This document shows positions 36,887 through 46,682 of a stretch of DNA of 64,000 nucleotides, piece after piece. Position 1 is the first letter of the stretch. Each line of letters opens with the position of its first letter. This DNA is from Candidatus Marinacidobacterium sp. (GTDB lineage: Bacteria; Acidobacteriota; Vicinamibacteria; Marinacidobacterales; Marinacidobacteraceae): assembly GCA_965204755.1 (NCBI GenBank), contig OZ242011.1, positions 3,424,001 to 3,488,000 of the forward strand. The letters run 5' to 3'. The translations under genes were made by a program, and so were the position numbers. Under the pieces are notes generated by a model that saw only the letters and a list, made by a program, of their open reading frames with translations, ran no database searches and was not told the origin of the DNA.

Positions 36887-38026
36887 GTGGCCGGGCGGGA
36901 ATTCGCCGCCGCCGCGGGCGCGGTCCTCGCCTGGTACCGGCGGAACCGGCGGGAGTTGCCGTTCCGGGGCGACGCCGACCCCTACCGGGTGTGGGTCTCC
37001 GAGGTGATGCTGCAGCAGACCCGGGTCGAGGCGATGCGGGGGCGTTACCGGGACTTCGTGGCGCGGTTCCCCGACCTTGCGGCGCTCGCCGCCGCGCCGC
37101 TCGACGAGGTGCTCGCCGCCTGGGCCGGGCTCGGCTACTACGGGCGGGCGCGGTCGCTCCACCGGGCGGCGCGGTGGGCGGAGGCCGCGGGGGGCCTTCC
37201 GACCGACGCCGCCGGCTGGCGGGAGTTGCCGGGGGTCGGGGAATACACCGCCGCCGCGGTCGCTTCGATCTGCCACGGGGAGCGGACGCCGGCGGTGGAC
37301 GGCAATGCGCGCCGGGTCCTGGCGCGGCTGTTCGCCCTCCCCGGCGCGCTCGGCCGTCCGGCGTTCGAGCGCCGCGCGCGCCGGCGGGCCGAGGGGCTGC
37401 TGGCCGCCGCCCAGTGCCCGCCGGGGGAGTGGAACCAGGCGCTCATGGAGTTCGGCGCGCTGGTCTGCACGCCGAAGTCGCCCCGCTGCGGGGGCTGCCC
37501 GCTTCGCGGAAGATGCCGCGCCCGCGCGCTGGGCCGGGCGGACGCGTTCCCCCGGCGGCCGCCCCGGCCCCGGCCGATCCCGGTCCGGCTCGCCCAGGGA
37601 GTCGTCCTCGACGACCGGGGGCGGATGCTGGTCTTCCGCCGCCGGGAAGCGCCGCTCCGCGGGCTCTACGAACTGCCGGGGGGCGAGTGCCGGGACGGGG
37701 AGTCGCCGGCCGAGGCCCTGGTCCGGGGCGCGAAGGCGGCCTACGGGATCTCCCTGACGGCCGGCCGGCCGCTGCCGCCGTTCCGGAACGCGGTGATGCA
37801 GCGCCGGATCACCGTGTTCACGATGTTCGCGGAGCGGGTCGGGGACCCGCCGGGGGATTCGAGCGGGCGGTTCGTCGCGCCGGCCGGGGCCGCCTCGCTC
37901 CCGGCCGGTTCCGTCCTCCGCAAGACGGCCGCGCTGCTGCTCGGCGGCGCCGCCGACCGGGCGGCTTCGGGCGCCCCTCCCGTGGATACACTGCCCGCCG
38001 CCGGGCCGAGACTCGATCCTCCATGA
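36887..38026 (+). CDS. mutY: A/G-specific adenine glycosylase
   Basis: WVSEVMLQQT, GLGYY, LPGVGEYTA, VDGN, Fe-S motif CTPKSPRCGGCPLRGRC, NUDIX-like C-terminus; start approximate. Confidence 0.94.
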   Translation: MAGREFAAAAGAVLAWYRRNRRELPFRGDADPYRVWVSEVMLQQTRVEAMRGRYRDFVARFPDLAALAAAPLDEVLAAWAGLGYYGRARSLHRAARWAEAAGGLPTDAAGWRELPGVGEYTAAAVASICHGERTPAVDGNARRVLARLFALPGALGRPAFERRARRRAEGLLAAAQCPPGEWNQALMEFGALVCTPKSPRCGGCPLRGRCRARALGRADAFPRRPPRPRPIPVRLAQGVVLDDRGRMLVFRRREAPLRGLYELPGGECRDGESPAEALVRGAKAAYGISLTAGRPLPPFRNAVMQRRITVFTMFAERVGDPPGDSSGRFVAPAGAASLPAGSVLRKTAALLLGGAADRAASGAPPVDTLPAAGPRLDPP

Positions 38027-40542
38027 CCAGTTACCCGCACGAAGCGGTCGAGAAGCGCTGGCGGGAGCGCTGGCGCCGGGACGGCTCCTTCCGCACTCCC
38101 GACCTGCCGGAGGGGAAGCGCTACTACTGCCTCGAGATGCTGCCCTATCCCTCCGGGCGCATCCACATGGGGCATGTGCGCAACTACTCGATCGGCGACT
38201 CGGTGGCGCGGTTCTTCCGCCGGCGGGGTTACGCGGTGATGCACCCGATCGGCTGGGACGCGCTCGGCCTCCCCGCCGAGAACGCTGCCATCGAGCGCGG
38301 CGCCCATCCCCGGGACTGGACCGCCGAGAACATCGACCACATGCGGCGGCAGTTGCGCCGGCTGGGTTTCCTCTACGACTGGGACCGGGAGTTCGCGACC
38401 TGCGACCCTTCGTACTACCGCTGGAACCAATGGTTCTTCCTGAAGATGTGGGAGCGGGGGCTCGCTTACCGGAAGAACTCGACGGTGAATTGGTGTCCCG
38501 GCTGCGAGACCGTGCTCGCCAACGAACAGGTGGAAGCCGGCCGATGCTGGCGGTGCGAGTCCGAGGTGCGGCTCACGGAACTCGCGCAGTGGTTCCTGCG
38601 CATCACCGACTACCGGGACGAACTGCTGGAGGCGATGGACGAGTTGCCCGGTTGGCCGGAGAAGGTGCTGACGCTGCAGCGGAACTGGATCGGGAAGTCC
38701 GAAGGCGCGGAGATCCGGTTCGCGGCGCCGGCGCTCGAAGCGGCGCTCGGCGACGGGCACCGCATCCCGGTGTACACGACCCGCCTCGACACCATCTACG
38801 GCGCGACGGCGCTGGTGCTCTCCCCGGGACACCCGGCGTCGCGCCACATCGCCCGGGACAACGCCGAAGTCGCCGCCTATATCGAAGAAGCCGAAGCGCG
38901 GGCGGCGGCCGCCCGGACCCATCCCGACCGGGGCGGCGCCGAAGCGGGGAAGACCGGCGCGGCCACCGGGCTCACCGCGCGGAACCCGTTCACCGGCGAA
39001 GACATCCCGATGTTCGTCGCCGACTATGTGCTCATGGACTACGGCGCCGGCGCGGTGATGGCCGTGCCGGCGCACGACCGCCGGGACCACGCTTTCGCCC
39101 GGGAACACGGGATCGAGATCCGCCGGGTGGTCGTGCCCGACGAAGCGTCCGCGACGCCGGCTCCCGATGCTTCGGAAGAGGCGTTCACCGGTTACGGAAC
39201 CGTGGTGGACTCGGGGGAGTTCAGCGGGCTTCCCGGCGTGGACGCGATCGCCGCCATGCTCGAGCGCGCCCGGCGGGAGGGTTTCGGCGAGGCGAAGACC
39301 ACCTACCGGTTCCACGACTGGGGCATTTCCCGCCAGCGGTACTGGGGCACGCCGATCCCGATGATCCACTGCGCGGAGTGCGGCGAGGTCCCGGCGCCGG
39401 AGGAATCCCTGCCGGTGGAGTTGCCGCGGGACATCGAGATCACCGGCAAGGGCGGAGCGGCGCTCTCCCGACAGGAGTCCTTCCTGCGCGTGGACTGCCC
39501 GAAGTGCGGCGCCCGGGCGCGGCGGGAAACGGACACGATGGACACCTTCGTGGACTCCGCCTGGTACTTCTACCGATACCTCGACCCGAAGAACGACCGG
39601 GCGCCGTTCGATTCCGAAAAGGCGCGCCACTGGTTCCCGATCGACCTCTACATCGGCGGCGTCGAACACGCCATCCTGCACCTGATCTACTGCCGTTTCT
39701 GGACGAAAGTGATGCGCGACCTGGGGCTCGTCGAAGTGGACGAGCCGGTCACCCGGCAGTTGAGCCAGGGAATGGTCATCAAGGACGGCGCCAAGATGTC
39801 CAAGAGCCGGGGGAATGTGGTGGATCCGGACGAAGCCGTGGAGCGGCACGGCGCGGACGCGGTCCGGTTGTATGTCCTGTTCGAGGCGCCGCCGGAGAAG
39901 GAGATGGACTGGACCGACGAGCGGCTCGCCGGCCCGGCGCGATTCCTCCGCCGGCTGGAGCAGCAGGTTCCCGGCGGGTTTCCCTGGCTCGCCTCCGAAT
40001 CCCCTCCGGAGGGCGGGGAAGAGTTCTCCCGCGAGGACCTCGAGTTGCGGCGGAAGACCCACCAGACCATTCGCCGGGTGACGCGGGACCTCGGCGAGCG
40101 TCTCCACCCCAATACCGCCATCGCCGCGATCATGGAGTTGCACCGAGCGGCATCCGCTTTCCTGCCGGGCGCGGAGACCTCGGCGTCGCGCCGCGCGGCG
40201 CGGGAGGCGGTGGAAGCGGTGGTTTCGCTGCTGAACCCGATGGCGCCCCATCTCACGGAAGAACTCTGGGAGCGGCTCGGGAACGAGCGGACGCTGGTGG
40301 ATTCCCCCTGGCCGGGTTGGGACGAAGACCTCGCCCGCGATGAAGTCGTGGTGGTCGTGCTGCAGGTGAACGGCCGGCTGCGCGGGCGGCTCGAGGCCCC
40401 GGCCGGGCTCGACGCCGCCGAACTCGAAGAGCGCGCGCGGCGAAACGCCGGCGTGATGCGCCATCTCGACGGCCGCGAAGTCCGGCGCGTGGTCACCGTG
40501 GCCGACAAGTTGGTCAACTTCGTCGTCGCTCCCGGGAACTGA
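38023..40542 (+). CDS. leuS: Leucine--tRNA ligase
   Basis: PYPSGRIHMGH, GWDALGLPAEN, SRQRYWGTPIP, KMSKS; ATG 38023 overlaps the mutY stop. Confidence 0.98.
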   Translation: MTSYPHEAVEKRWRERWRRDGSFRTPDLPEGKRYYCLEMLPYPSGRIHMGHVRNYSIGDSVARFFRRRGYAVMHPIGWDALGLPAENAAIERGAHPRDWTAENIDHMRRQLRRLGFLYDWDREFATCDPSYYRWNQWFFLKMWERGLAYRKNSTVNWCPGCETVLANEQVEAGRCWRCESEVRLTELAQWFLRITDYRDELLEAMDELPGWPEKVLTLQRNWIGKSEGAEIRFAAPALEAALGDGHRIPVYTTRLDTIYGATALVLSPGHPASRHIARDNAEVAAYIEEAEARAAAARTHPDRGGAEAGKTGAATGLTARNPFTGEDIPMFVADYVLMDYGAGAVMAVPAHDRRDHAFAREHGIEIRRVVVPDEASATPAPDASEEAFTGYGTVVDSGEFSGLPGVDAIAAMLERARREGFGEAKTTYRFHDWGISRQRYWGTPIPMIHCAECGEVPAPEESLPVELPRDIEITGKGGAALSRQESFLRVDCPKCGARARRETDTMDTFVDSAWYFYRYLDPKNDRAPFDSEKARHWFPIDLYIGGVEHAILHLIYCRFWTKVMRDLGLVEVDEPVTRQLSQGMVIKDGAKMSKSRGNVVDPDEAVERHGADAVRLYVLFEAPPEKEMDWTDERLAGPARFLRRLEQQVPGGFPWLASESPPEGGEEFSREDLELRRKTHQTIRRVTRDLGERLHPNTAIAAIMELHRAASAFLPGAETSASRRAAREAVEAVVSLLNPMAPHLTEELWERLGNERTLVDSPWPGWDEDLARDEVVVVVLQVNGRLRGRLEAPAGLDAAELEERARRNAGVMRHLDGREVRRVVTVADKLVNFVVAPGN

Positions 40543-40546
40543 GGGT

Positions 40547-41122
40547 TTGTTTCTCGCCGCGCGCGGTCTTCGGACGGCCGGTTTCCCGGCATTCCCCGCC
40601 GCGGTCCCTGCCGCGCTCCTCGCGGCATTCCTCGCCGCGCTCGTTTCCGCCGGTTGCGGATACCGGCTCGCGGGAGTGGGGGCGGGGCTTCCCGACCACA
40701 TCGAGGTCATCGCGGTGCTGCCCTTCGAGAACGAGAGCGCCTATCCCGAAGTCGAAGAGCAGTTGACCGAGGAGATCATCAGCGGCTTCAACCGCCGCGG
40801 CGACTACACGGTGCAGGAGGAACGGGAAGGGGCGGACGCGGTGATGGAAGGAACGGTGGCCAGCGTGGAGTTCGCGCCGGCGCAACTCGACCCGGCCACC
40901 GGGCAGGCGTCCATCTACCTGGTCATCGTGCGCGCTTCGGTGTTCTTCACCGATGTGGTGAACGATGTACCGATCTACGAAGCCGAAGAGTTCACCCTGC
41001 GCGACGAGTTCACCATCGGCGACGACCCGGACGCCGCCTTCGACCGCGAAGGGCTCGCGTTCTCGCGGCTGGCGAGTTCCTTCGCCGATTCCCTGCTGGT
41101 CGCCATCCTGGAAGGGTTCTGA
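40547..41122 (+). CDS. lptE: LPS-assembly lipoprotein LptE family protein
   Basis: Lipobox SAGCGY, PFENES; located between leuS and holA. Confidence 0.8.
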   Translation: MFLAARGLRTAGFPAFPAAVPAALLAAFLAALVSAGCGYRLAGVGAGLPDHIEVIAVLPFENESAYPEVEEQLTEEIISGFNRRGDYTVQEEREGADAVMEGTVASVEFAPAQLDPATGQASIYLVIVRASVFFTDVVNDVPIYEAEEFTLRDEFTIGDDPDAAFDREGLAFSRLASSFADSLLVAILEGF

Positions 41123-42315
41123 TGGCGGCCCGCCGGTCGGCCGCGTCCGACCGGTTCGCCGAAGCGTTCCGCGCGTTCGACCCGAAACCGGCGGAGCGGC
41201 TGGAGCGCCATCTCCCGGCGGAGGGCGGCTCCCGCCTCTACTTCGTCGGCGGCGCGGACGGCTACCTCCGGCAGCGCTCCCTCGCCCGGATCGCTTCCCA
41301 CCACCTCGGCGAGTCTCCCGCGCCGTACCGGGAGCGGCGGCTCCACGCGGGACAAGCCACCGCCGACCGGCTGCGGAGCGCTGCGCAGACCGTGTCCTTC
41401 GGCGGGGGGCCGGTCGTCTCGCTGAGCGGCCTCCGGATCGGCAGCGGCGCCCGGCGCGCCTCGAAACCCGAACTCTGGGAGGCGGTCTGCGAACTCGTCG
41501 AGACCCCGCCTCCGGGGGCGGTGGTCGCGGTGGAGTGGGAGGAGAGCCCGGATCGGCGGCGCAAGGGCTGGAAGGCGTTCGCCGCCCGGCTCACGGAACG
41601 GATCGCCGCGGGGGAGGCGCTCGTGGTGGACTGCGACCCGCCCCCGGAGGCGAAGATGCCGGCCTGGATCCGCGCCGAGGCCGGGCGGCAGGGACTCGCG
41701 TTGCCGGAAGGCGGCGCGGAGTTGCTCGCCGGGAGATTCGGCCCGGACCTCCGCCGGCAGCGCGCGGAACTCCGGAAGTTGGCCCTCTTCGCGGCGCCGG
41801 AGGAGGAAGAGGGCGGCGGCGAGGCCGCCGATCAGGGTGCGGGCGGCGAGTCCCCGGTGCGCGTGGACCTCGAGGCGATGGAGCAACTCCTCGGCGGCGG
41901 GAGCGCCCGCAACCTGTTCCGCTTCACGAACGCCGTGCAGGGCGGCCGGGCGGCGGAGGCCCTCGAAACGCTCGACCTGCTCCTCTCCGAGCGGGAACCC
42001 CCGCAGGCGCTGCTCGCGCTCCTCTACCGGTTGGCCACGCAGGTGCAGGCCGCGAACGCGTTCCGGCCGGGCCGCGGCGCCGGGTCGCTCCGGGAGGCGA
42101 TCGGGATGCACCGCGCCCCGCCGCGCGCCGTCGAGGAGATCGCCTCCGCGGCCCGCCGGTTCACCGCCGAAGAGTTGCGCGGCGTGGTGCGGCAGGTGAT
42201 CGAGACCGACTTCCGCCTGAAGTCCACCGGCATTCCCGCCCGCGTCGCGCTTTCCTCGCTGGCTCTCCTCCTGGCCCGCGGCGGCGCTCCGGAAGGATCG
42301 GCCCGCCGCGGCTGA
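41122..42315 (+). CDS. holA: DNA polymerase III delta subunit
   Basis: YFVGGADGYL, ELRKLALF, LFRFTNAV, ETDFRLKS; leuS-lptE-holA synteny. Confidence 0.85.
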   Translation: MAARRSAASDRFAEAFRAFDPKPAERLERHLPAEGGSRLYFVGGADGYLRQRSLARIASHHLGESPAPYRERRLHAGQATADRLRSAAQTVSFGGGPVVSLSGLRIGSGARRASKPELWEAVCELVETPPPGAVVAVEWEESPDRRRKGWKAFAARLTERIAAGEALVVDCDPPPEAKMPAWIRAEAGRQGLALPEGGAELLAGRFGPDLRRQRAELRKLALFAAPEEEEGGGEAADQGAGGESPVRVDLEAMEQLLGGGSARNLFRFTNAVQGGRAAEALETLDLLLSEREPPQALLALLYRLATQVQAANAFRPGRGAGSLREAIGMHRAPPRAVEEIASAARRFTAEELRGVVRQVIETDFRLKSTGIPARVALSSLALLLARGGAPEGSARRG

Positions 42316-42526
42316 CCCGCGCCGACCGGTCGGGGGAGCCGGGGGGCGGGGCGCTCCGGGCGGGCTGCTACCCTCCCGCCGCCGATGCGCCCCGACGAGG
42401 ACTCGTCCGCCCGCCCTCCGGAACCCGGCGCGGGGTTCGCCCCGCTCCCGTATCCGGCGTTCGCGGCCGGCCGGGCGCATCGCCCGCGCGCCGCGCCCCG
42501 CACCTTGAAATCCCCGACCACGGACG

Positions 42527-43885
42527 ATGGCCCTCACCAAGACTCCGCTGCTCGCGGAAACGGTGCGCAAACTGGTGTCGCGGGGGGCCTACGCTAACGC
42601 CCACCGCCTCCTCTCCAAACTGCATCCGGCGGATGTGGCGCAGGTCCTCGCCGATCTCCCGGAGGCGTACCGGCTGAAGACCTTCCGGGCGGTCTTCCAG
42701 CGCGACACCGCGCTGGCCGCGGAGGCGCTCGGGGAATTCGGCGCCGAACGGGGCGCCGGACTGGTGGCCGGGCTCGAGACCGGGTACATCTCGCAACTCC
42801 TCCAGGAACTCGACCCGGACGACGCGGCGGAGTTCCTGAGCGCGCTCCCCGAGGAGCGCCGGGAGCGGGTGCTCGCCGGGATGCGGGCGCGCGAGGCGTC
42901 CGATGTCGAGGACCTGCTGCAGTACCCGGAGGAGACCGCCGGGCGGATCATGAGCCCGAAGGTGTTCTCCATCGCCGAGAACACCACCATCGGCGAAGCC
43001 ATCCGGCGGCTGCAGGAATCACCGGATGTGGAGATGGTCTTCTACATCTATGTGGTGGACGAGCACGGCACGCTGGTCGGGGTGCTGTCGCTGCGCCAAC
43101 TGCTGCAGCGGCGGCCGGAAGCGCCGCTCTCCGAGGTCATGGTCACCGATGTGCTCAGGGTGCGCACGGACATGGACCAGGAGGAAGTGGCGCAACTCGT
43201 CGCCAGTTACAACATCCTGGCGGTGCCGGTGGTGAACCACCACGGCAAACTGGTCGGCGTCATCACCGTGGACGACATCATCGATGTCATCAAGGAAGAG
43301 GCGACCGAGGACATGTACCGGCTCGCCGGACTGGGCGCCGCGGAGAGCGTGTTCACGAAGGCGCGTCGTTCCGTGGGTATGCGCCTCCCCTGGCTCACCG
43401 TGAACCTGGCGACGGCGTTCCTCGCTTCGTGGGTCGTCAGCCAGTTCGAGGCCTCCATCGCCCGGTTCGCGGTGCTGGCGGTGTTCATGCCGATGGCGCC
43501 GCTGCTCGGCGGGAACGCCGGCAGCCAGACGCTCACCGTGATGGTGCGGGGTATCGCGCTCGGCGAACTCAGTTGGAAGAACAGCCGCAAGGCGCTGTTC
43601 AAGGAACTCTCGGTGGGCGCGGTGAACGGCGCGCTCATCGGCCTGCTCATCGGCGGCTTCGCCTACCTGTGGAAGGGCGATCCCCGGATCGGGCTGGCGC
43701 TGACGCTGGCGATGCTGGGCACGATGATCGTCGCCGCCGTGGCGGGCACGCTCATGCCGCTCCTCCTGCGCTGGCTGCGGGTGGACCCGGCCTTGGCCTC
43801 TTCGGTCTTCGTGACCACCGCCACCGATGTCTCCGGTTTCCTCCTGTTCCTCGGTTTGGGCGTCACCGCGCTGACCCACTTCTGA
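42527..43885 (+). CDS. mgtE: Magnesium transporter MgtE
   Basis: LHPAD, DDAA, YPEETAGRIM, CBS pair, RLPWL, GGNAGSQ, DPALAS, TATD. Confidence 0.96.
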   Translation: MALTKTPLLAETVRKLVSRGAYANAHRLLSKLHPADVAQVLADLPEAYRLKTFRAVFQRDTALAAEALGEFGAERGAGLVAGLETGYISQLLQELDPDDAAEFLSALPEERRERVLAGMRAREASDVEDLLQYPEETAGRIMSPKVFSIAENTTIGEAIRRLQESPDVEMVFYIYVVDEHGTLVGVLSLRQLLQRRPEAPLSEVMVTDVLRVRTDMDQEEVAQLVASYNILAVPVVNHHGKLVGVITVDDIIDVIKEEATEDMYRLAGLGAAESVFTKARRSVGMRLPWLTVNLATAFLASWVVSQFEASIARFAVLAVFMPMAPLLGGNAGSQTLTVMVRGIALGELSWKNSRKALFKELSVGAVNGALIGLLIGGFAYLWKGDPRIGLALTLAMLGTMIVAAVAGTLMPLLLRWLRVDPALASSVFVTTATDVSGFLLFLGLGVTALTHF

Positions 43886-43933
43886 ACGCGCCGCCTCCCG
43901 GCGGTCCGCGGAGCGCCCCGCCGGAGTTCCGCG

Positions 43934-44509
43934 CTACTCGGCGCCGCTCTGCCGGGGAGGCGCGTCGAACCGGAAGTCGGCCCAGTTGGCGAAGAGCCGC
44001 TGGAGGGCCGTGACCGGAACGAACTCCGACCGCGGGTATCCCATCGCCCGCAGCAACTCGTTGTGGCAGAGCGTGTCCAGCACCCGCAGCACCGGCGGCT
44101 CGTCGGATTCGATGGCCAAGCGCTCCCGCGTCGCTTCCACGATCGCTGGTTCGGACGGCGACGAACCCGCCGCGATCAGGCGGCGCTCGAGCGCGATGAA
44201 GCGCCGTCCCAGGTCCGTGTGGAGGCTCGCCTTCCGCATGGAGCCGACTACCAGGTCCACGAGCGCCATGACCGTCACGGCCGCCGGGACCGCCACCTTG
44301 ACCCAACTCGGCAGATTCGCTGTCAACTCGGAGCCGAAAGCGGCGATGGTGGCCGACCCGGAGGCGGCCGCAACCACGAGCACCACATCGTGGAAGCGCT
44401 CGTAGAAGCGCCGGCGGCGCATGTGGTAGCGGACCGAACGACGCACTCCGAAGAGGAGCATCCGGTACTCCTCTTCGAGCCGCTCCCGATCGGACAGCGT
44501 CGAAGCCAT
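43934..44509 (-). CDS. Two-TM protein with SLATT-like architecture
   Basis: RSVRYHMRRRRFY, TM1 (VVLVVAAASGSATIAAF), TM2 (VAVPAAVTVMALVDLVVG), KASLH...RFIALE, helical tail IESDEPP. Confidence 0.7.
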   Translation of the reverse strand: MASTLSDRERLEEEYRMLLFGVRRSVRYHMRRRRFYERFHDVVLVVAAASGSATIAAFGSELTANLPSWVKVAVPAAVTVMALVDLVVGSMRKASLHTDLGRRFIALERRLIAAGSSPSEPAIVEATRERLAIESDEPPVLRVLDTLCHNELLRAMGYPRSEFVPVTALQRLFANWADFRFDAPPRQSGAE

Positions 44510-44518
44510 GTGGCGATA

Positions 44519-44722
44519 TTAGCGCTCCGCCGGAGCGGCGTGTTCGGACGAAGGAGGCTTCGGGGGACTGGGGGGTGGAGTCCGCGGCGGCACATTGGTG
44601 TCCGTAGTGCGGGAGGGACCCTCCTGGCGGGGCCCGCGCTCCTCGAATCTCTTCTCCACCGGCTGTCGCCGGGTTCGTTCGGGCTGCGGATGCCTGCGCT
44701 CCGGCGGCCTGCGATCGCCCAT
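44519..44722 (-). CDS. Small proline-rich hypothetical protein (67 aa)
   Basis: ATG 44722 with GGAAGG upstream; ends 9 nt before the SLATT-like gene; CATAAT -10-like box at 44790-44795. Confidence 0.5.
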   Translation of the reverse strand: MGDRRPPERRHPQPERTRRQPVEKRFEERGPRQEGPSRTTDTNVPPRTPPPSPPKPPSSEHAAPAER

Positions 44723-44982
44723 GTCGTTCCCTTCCGAGGCCGGGGCCCCAGGTGGAGGCGCCCCGCTCAGTCGGGCGTCCCGCGGCGTCATTATGCCCCG
44801 CGGCGGGCGCCCCTCGGGGAGCGCCGACGATCGGCCGAGCCGCCGCGTCGGGTCGTTTCCGTCGGGCCGTTCCCGTCGGGCCGCGTGGGGCTACTCTCCG
44901 CGCCGACTCGGCGGGCCGGCGCAGCCGCCCGAACCGTCCCCGGCCTCTTCGCCGAACCTTCCTTCCCACTCCCGGTTTCGAC

Positions 44983-45797
44983 ATGCCCCTGAACCAGGCC
45001 CGTTGTTTCGTGCTCAAGACGCATGCGGTCGGGGAGACCGACAAGGTGGTCGCGCTGTTTTCCGCCGAGGAAGGGAAGGTGCGCGCCTGGGCCAATCGCG
45101 CGCGGCGGCCGAAGTCGCGGTTCGGGGGGGCGCTGGAAGTCGGGAACGAGGTGGAGGCGCAGTGGTTCGAGCGGGAGAACCGGGAACTGGTGACGCTCGA
45201 CCGGTGTGAACTCGTCTCCTCGGCGCTCCCGCTGGTGCGGGATCCCCGGCGGGGGGCGGCGCTCGGGTACTTCTCGGAACTCGTGGCGCTCTTCGCCGGC
45301 GAGCGGGAGCCCCACCCCAAGACCTACCGGTTGCTGGACACCTGCCGGGCGGCGCTGCTCGACGACCGGTCGCCGCTGCTTCTCGCCGGGTACTTCGAGT
45401 CGTGGCTCCTGCGGCTCGCCGGGCTCTACCCGCGGGCCGGGGTCTGCGGCTGCGGGGTGGAATTCGACGCCGGGGACGCGTTGTTCTTCCCCGGCGGGCC
45501 GGAGTTCCGCTGCGCTTCGTGCGCGGCGGGTCGCGGGGAGCCGGCCGGGCGGCTCACCCCGGCGGGGGTCTCGCTGTTGCGGCGGTTTCGCGCGGTCCCG
45601 CCGGCGGAGGCGGCTTCGCTCGCGGCGCCCGCCGCAGCCGCTGCGGAGGAAGTCTTCCGGTTCCACGGAACGGTCGTCCGCGCCGCGGCCGAGCACTCGC
45701 TCCCCGCGCGCCGCCTGCTGGAACGGGCGCTCGCCCCGGCTTCCGACGGAGCGTTCGCGCCCCCGGCCCGGGCGGAGAGCGCCGCGGGAGCGCGGCC

Positions 45798-45801
<4 letters not shown>
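44983..45801 (+). CDS. recO: DNA repair protein RecO
   Basis: GETDKVVALFS..GK, ARRPKSRFGGALE, C-x-C...CASC zinc motif; upstream of glyQ. Confidence 0.92.

Positions 45802-46678
<877 letters not shown>

Positions 46679-46682
<4 letters not shown>

Noticed and set aside
42316-42526. M-box (ykoK) riboswitch upstream of mgtE
   Set aside because: I could not recognise the conserved M-box sequence features or a terminator.
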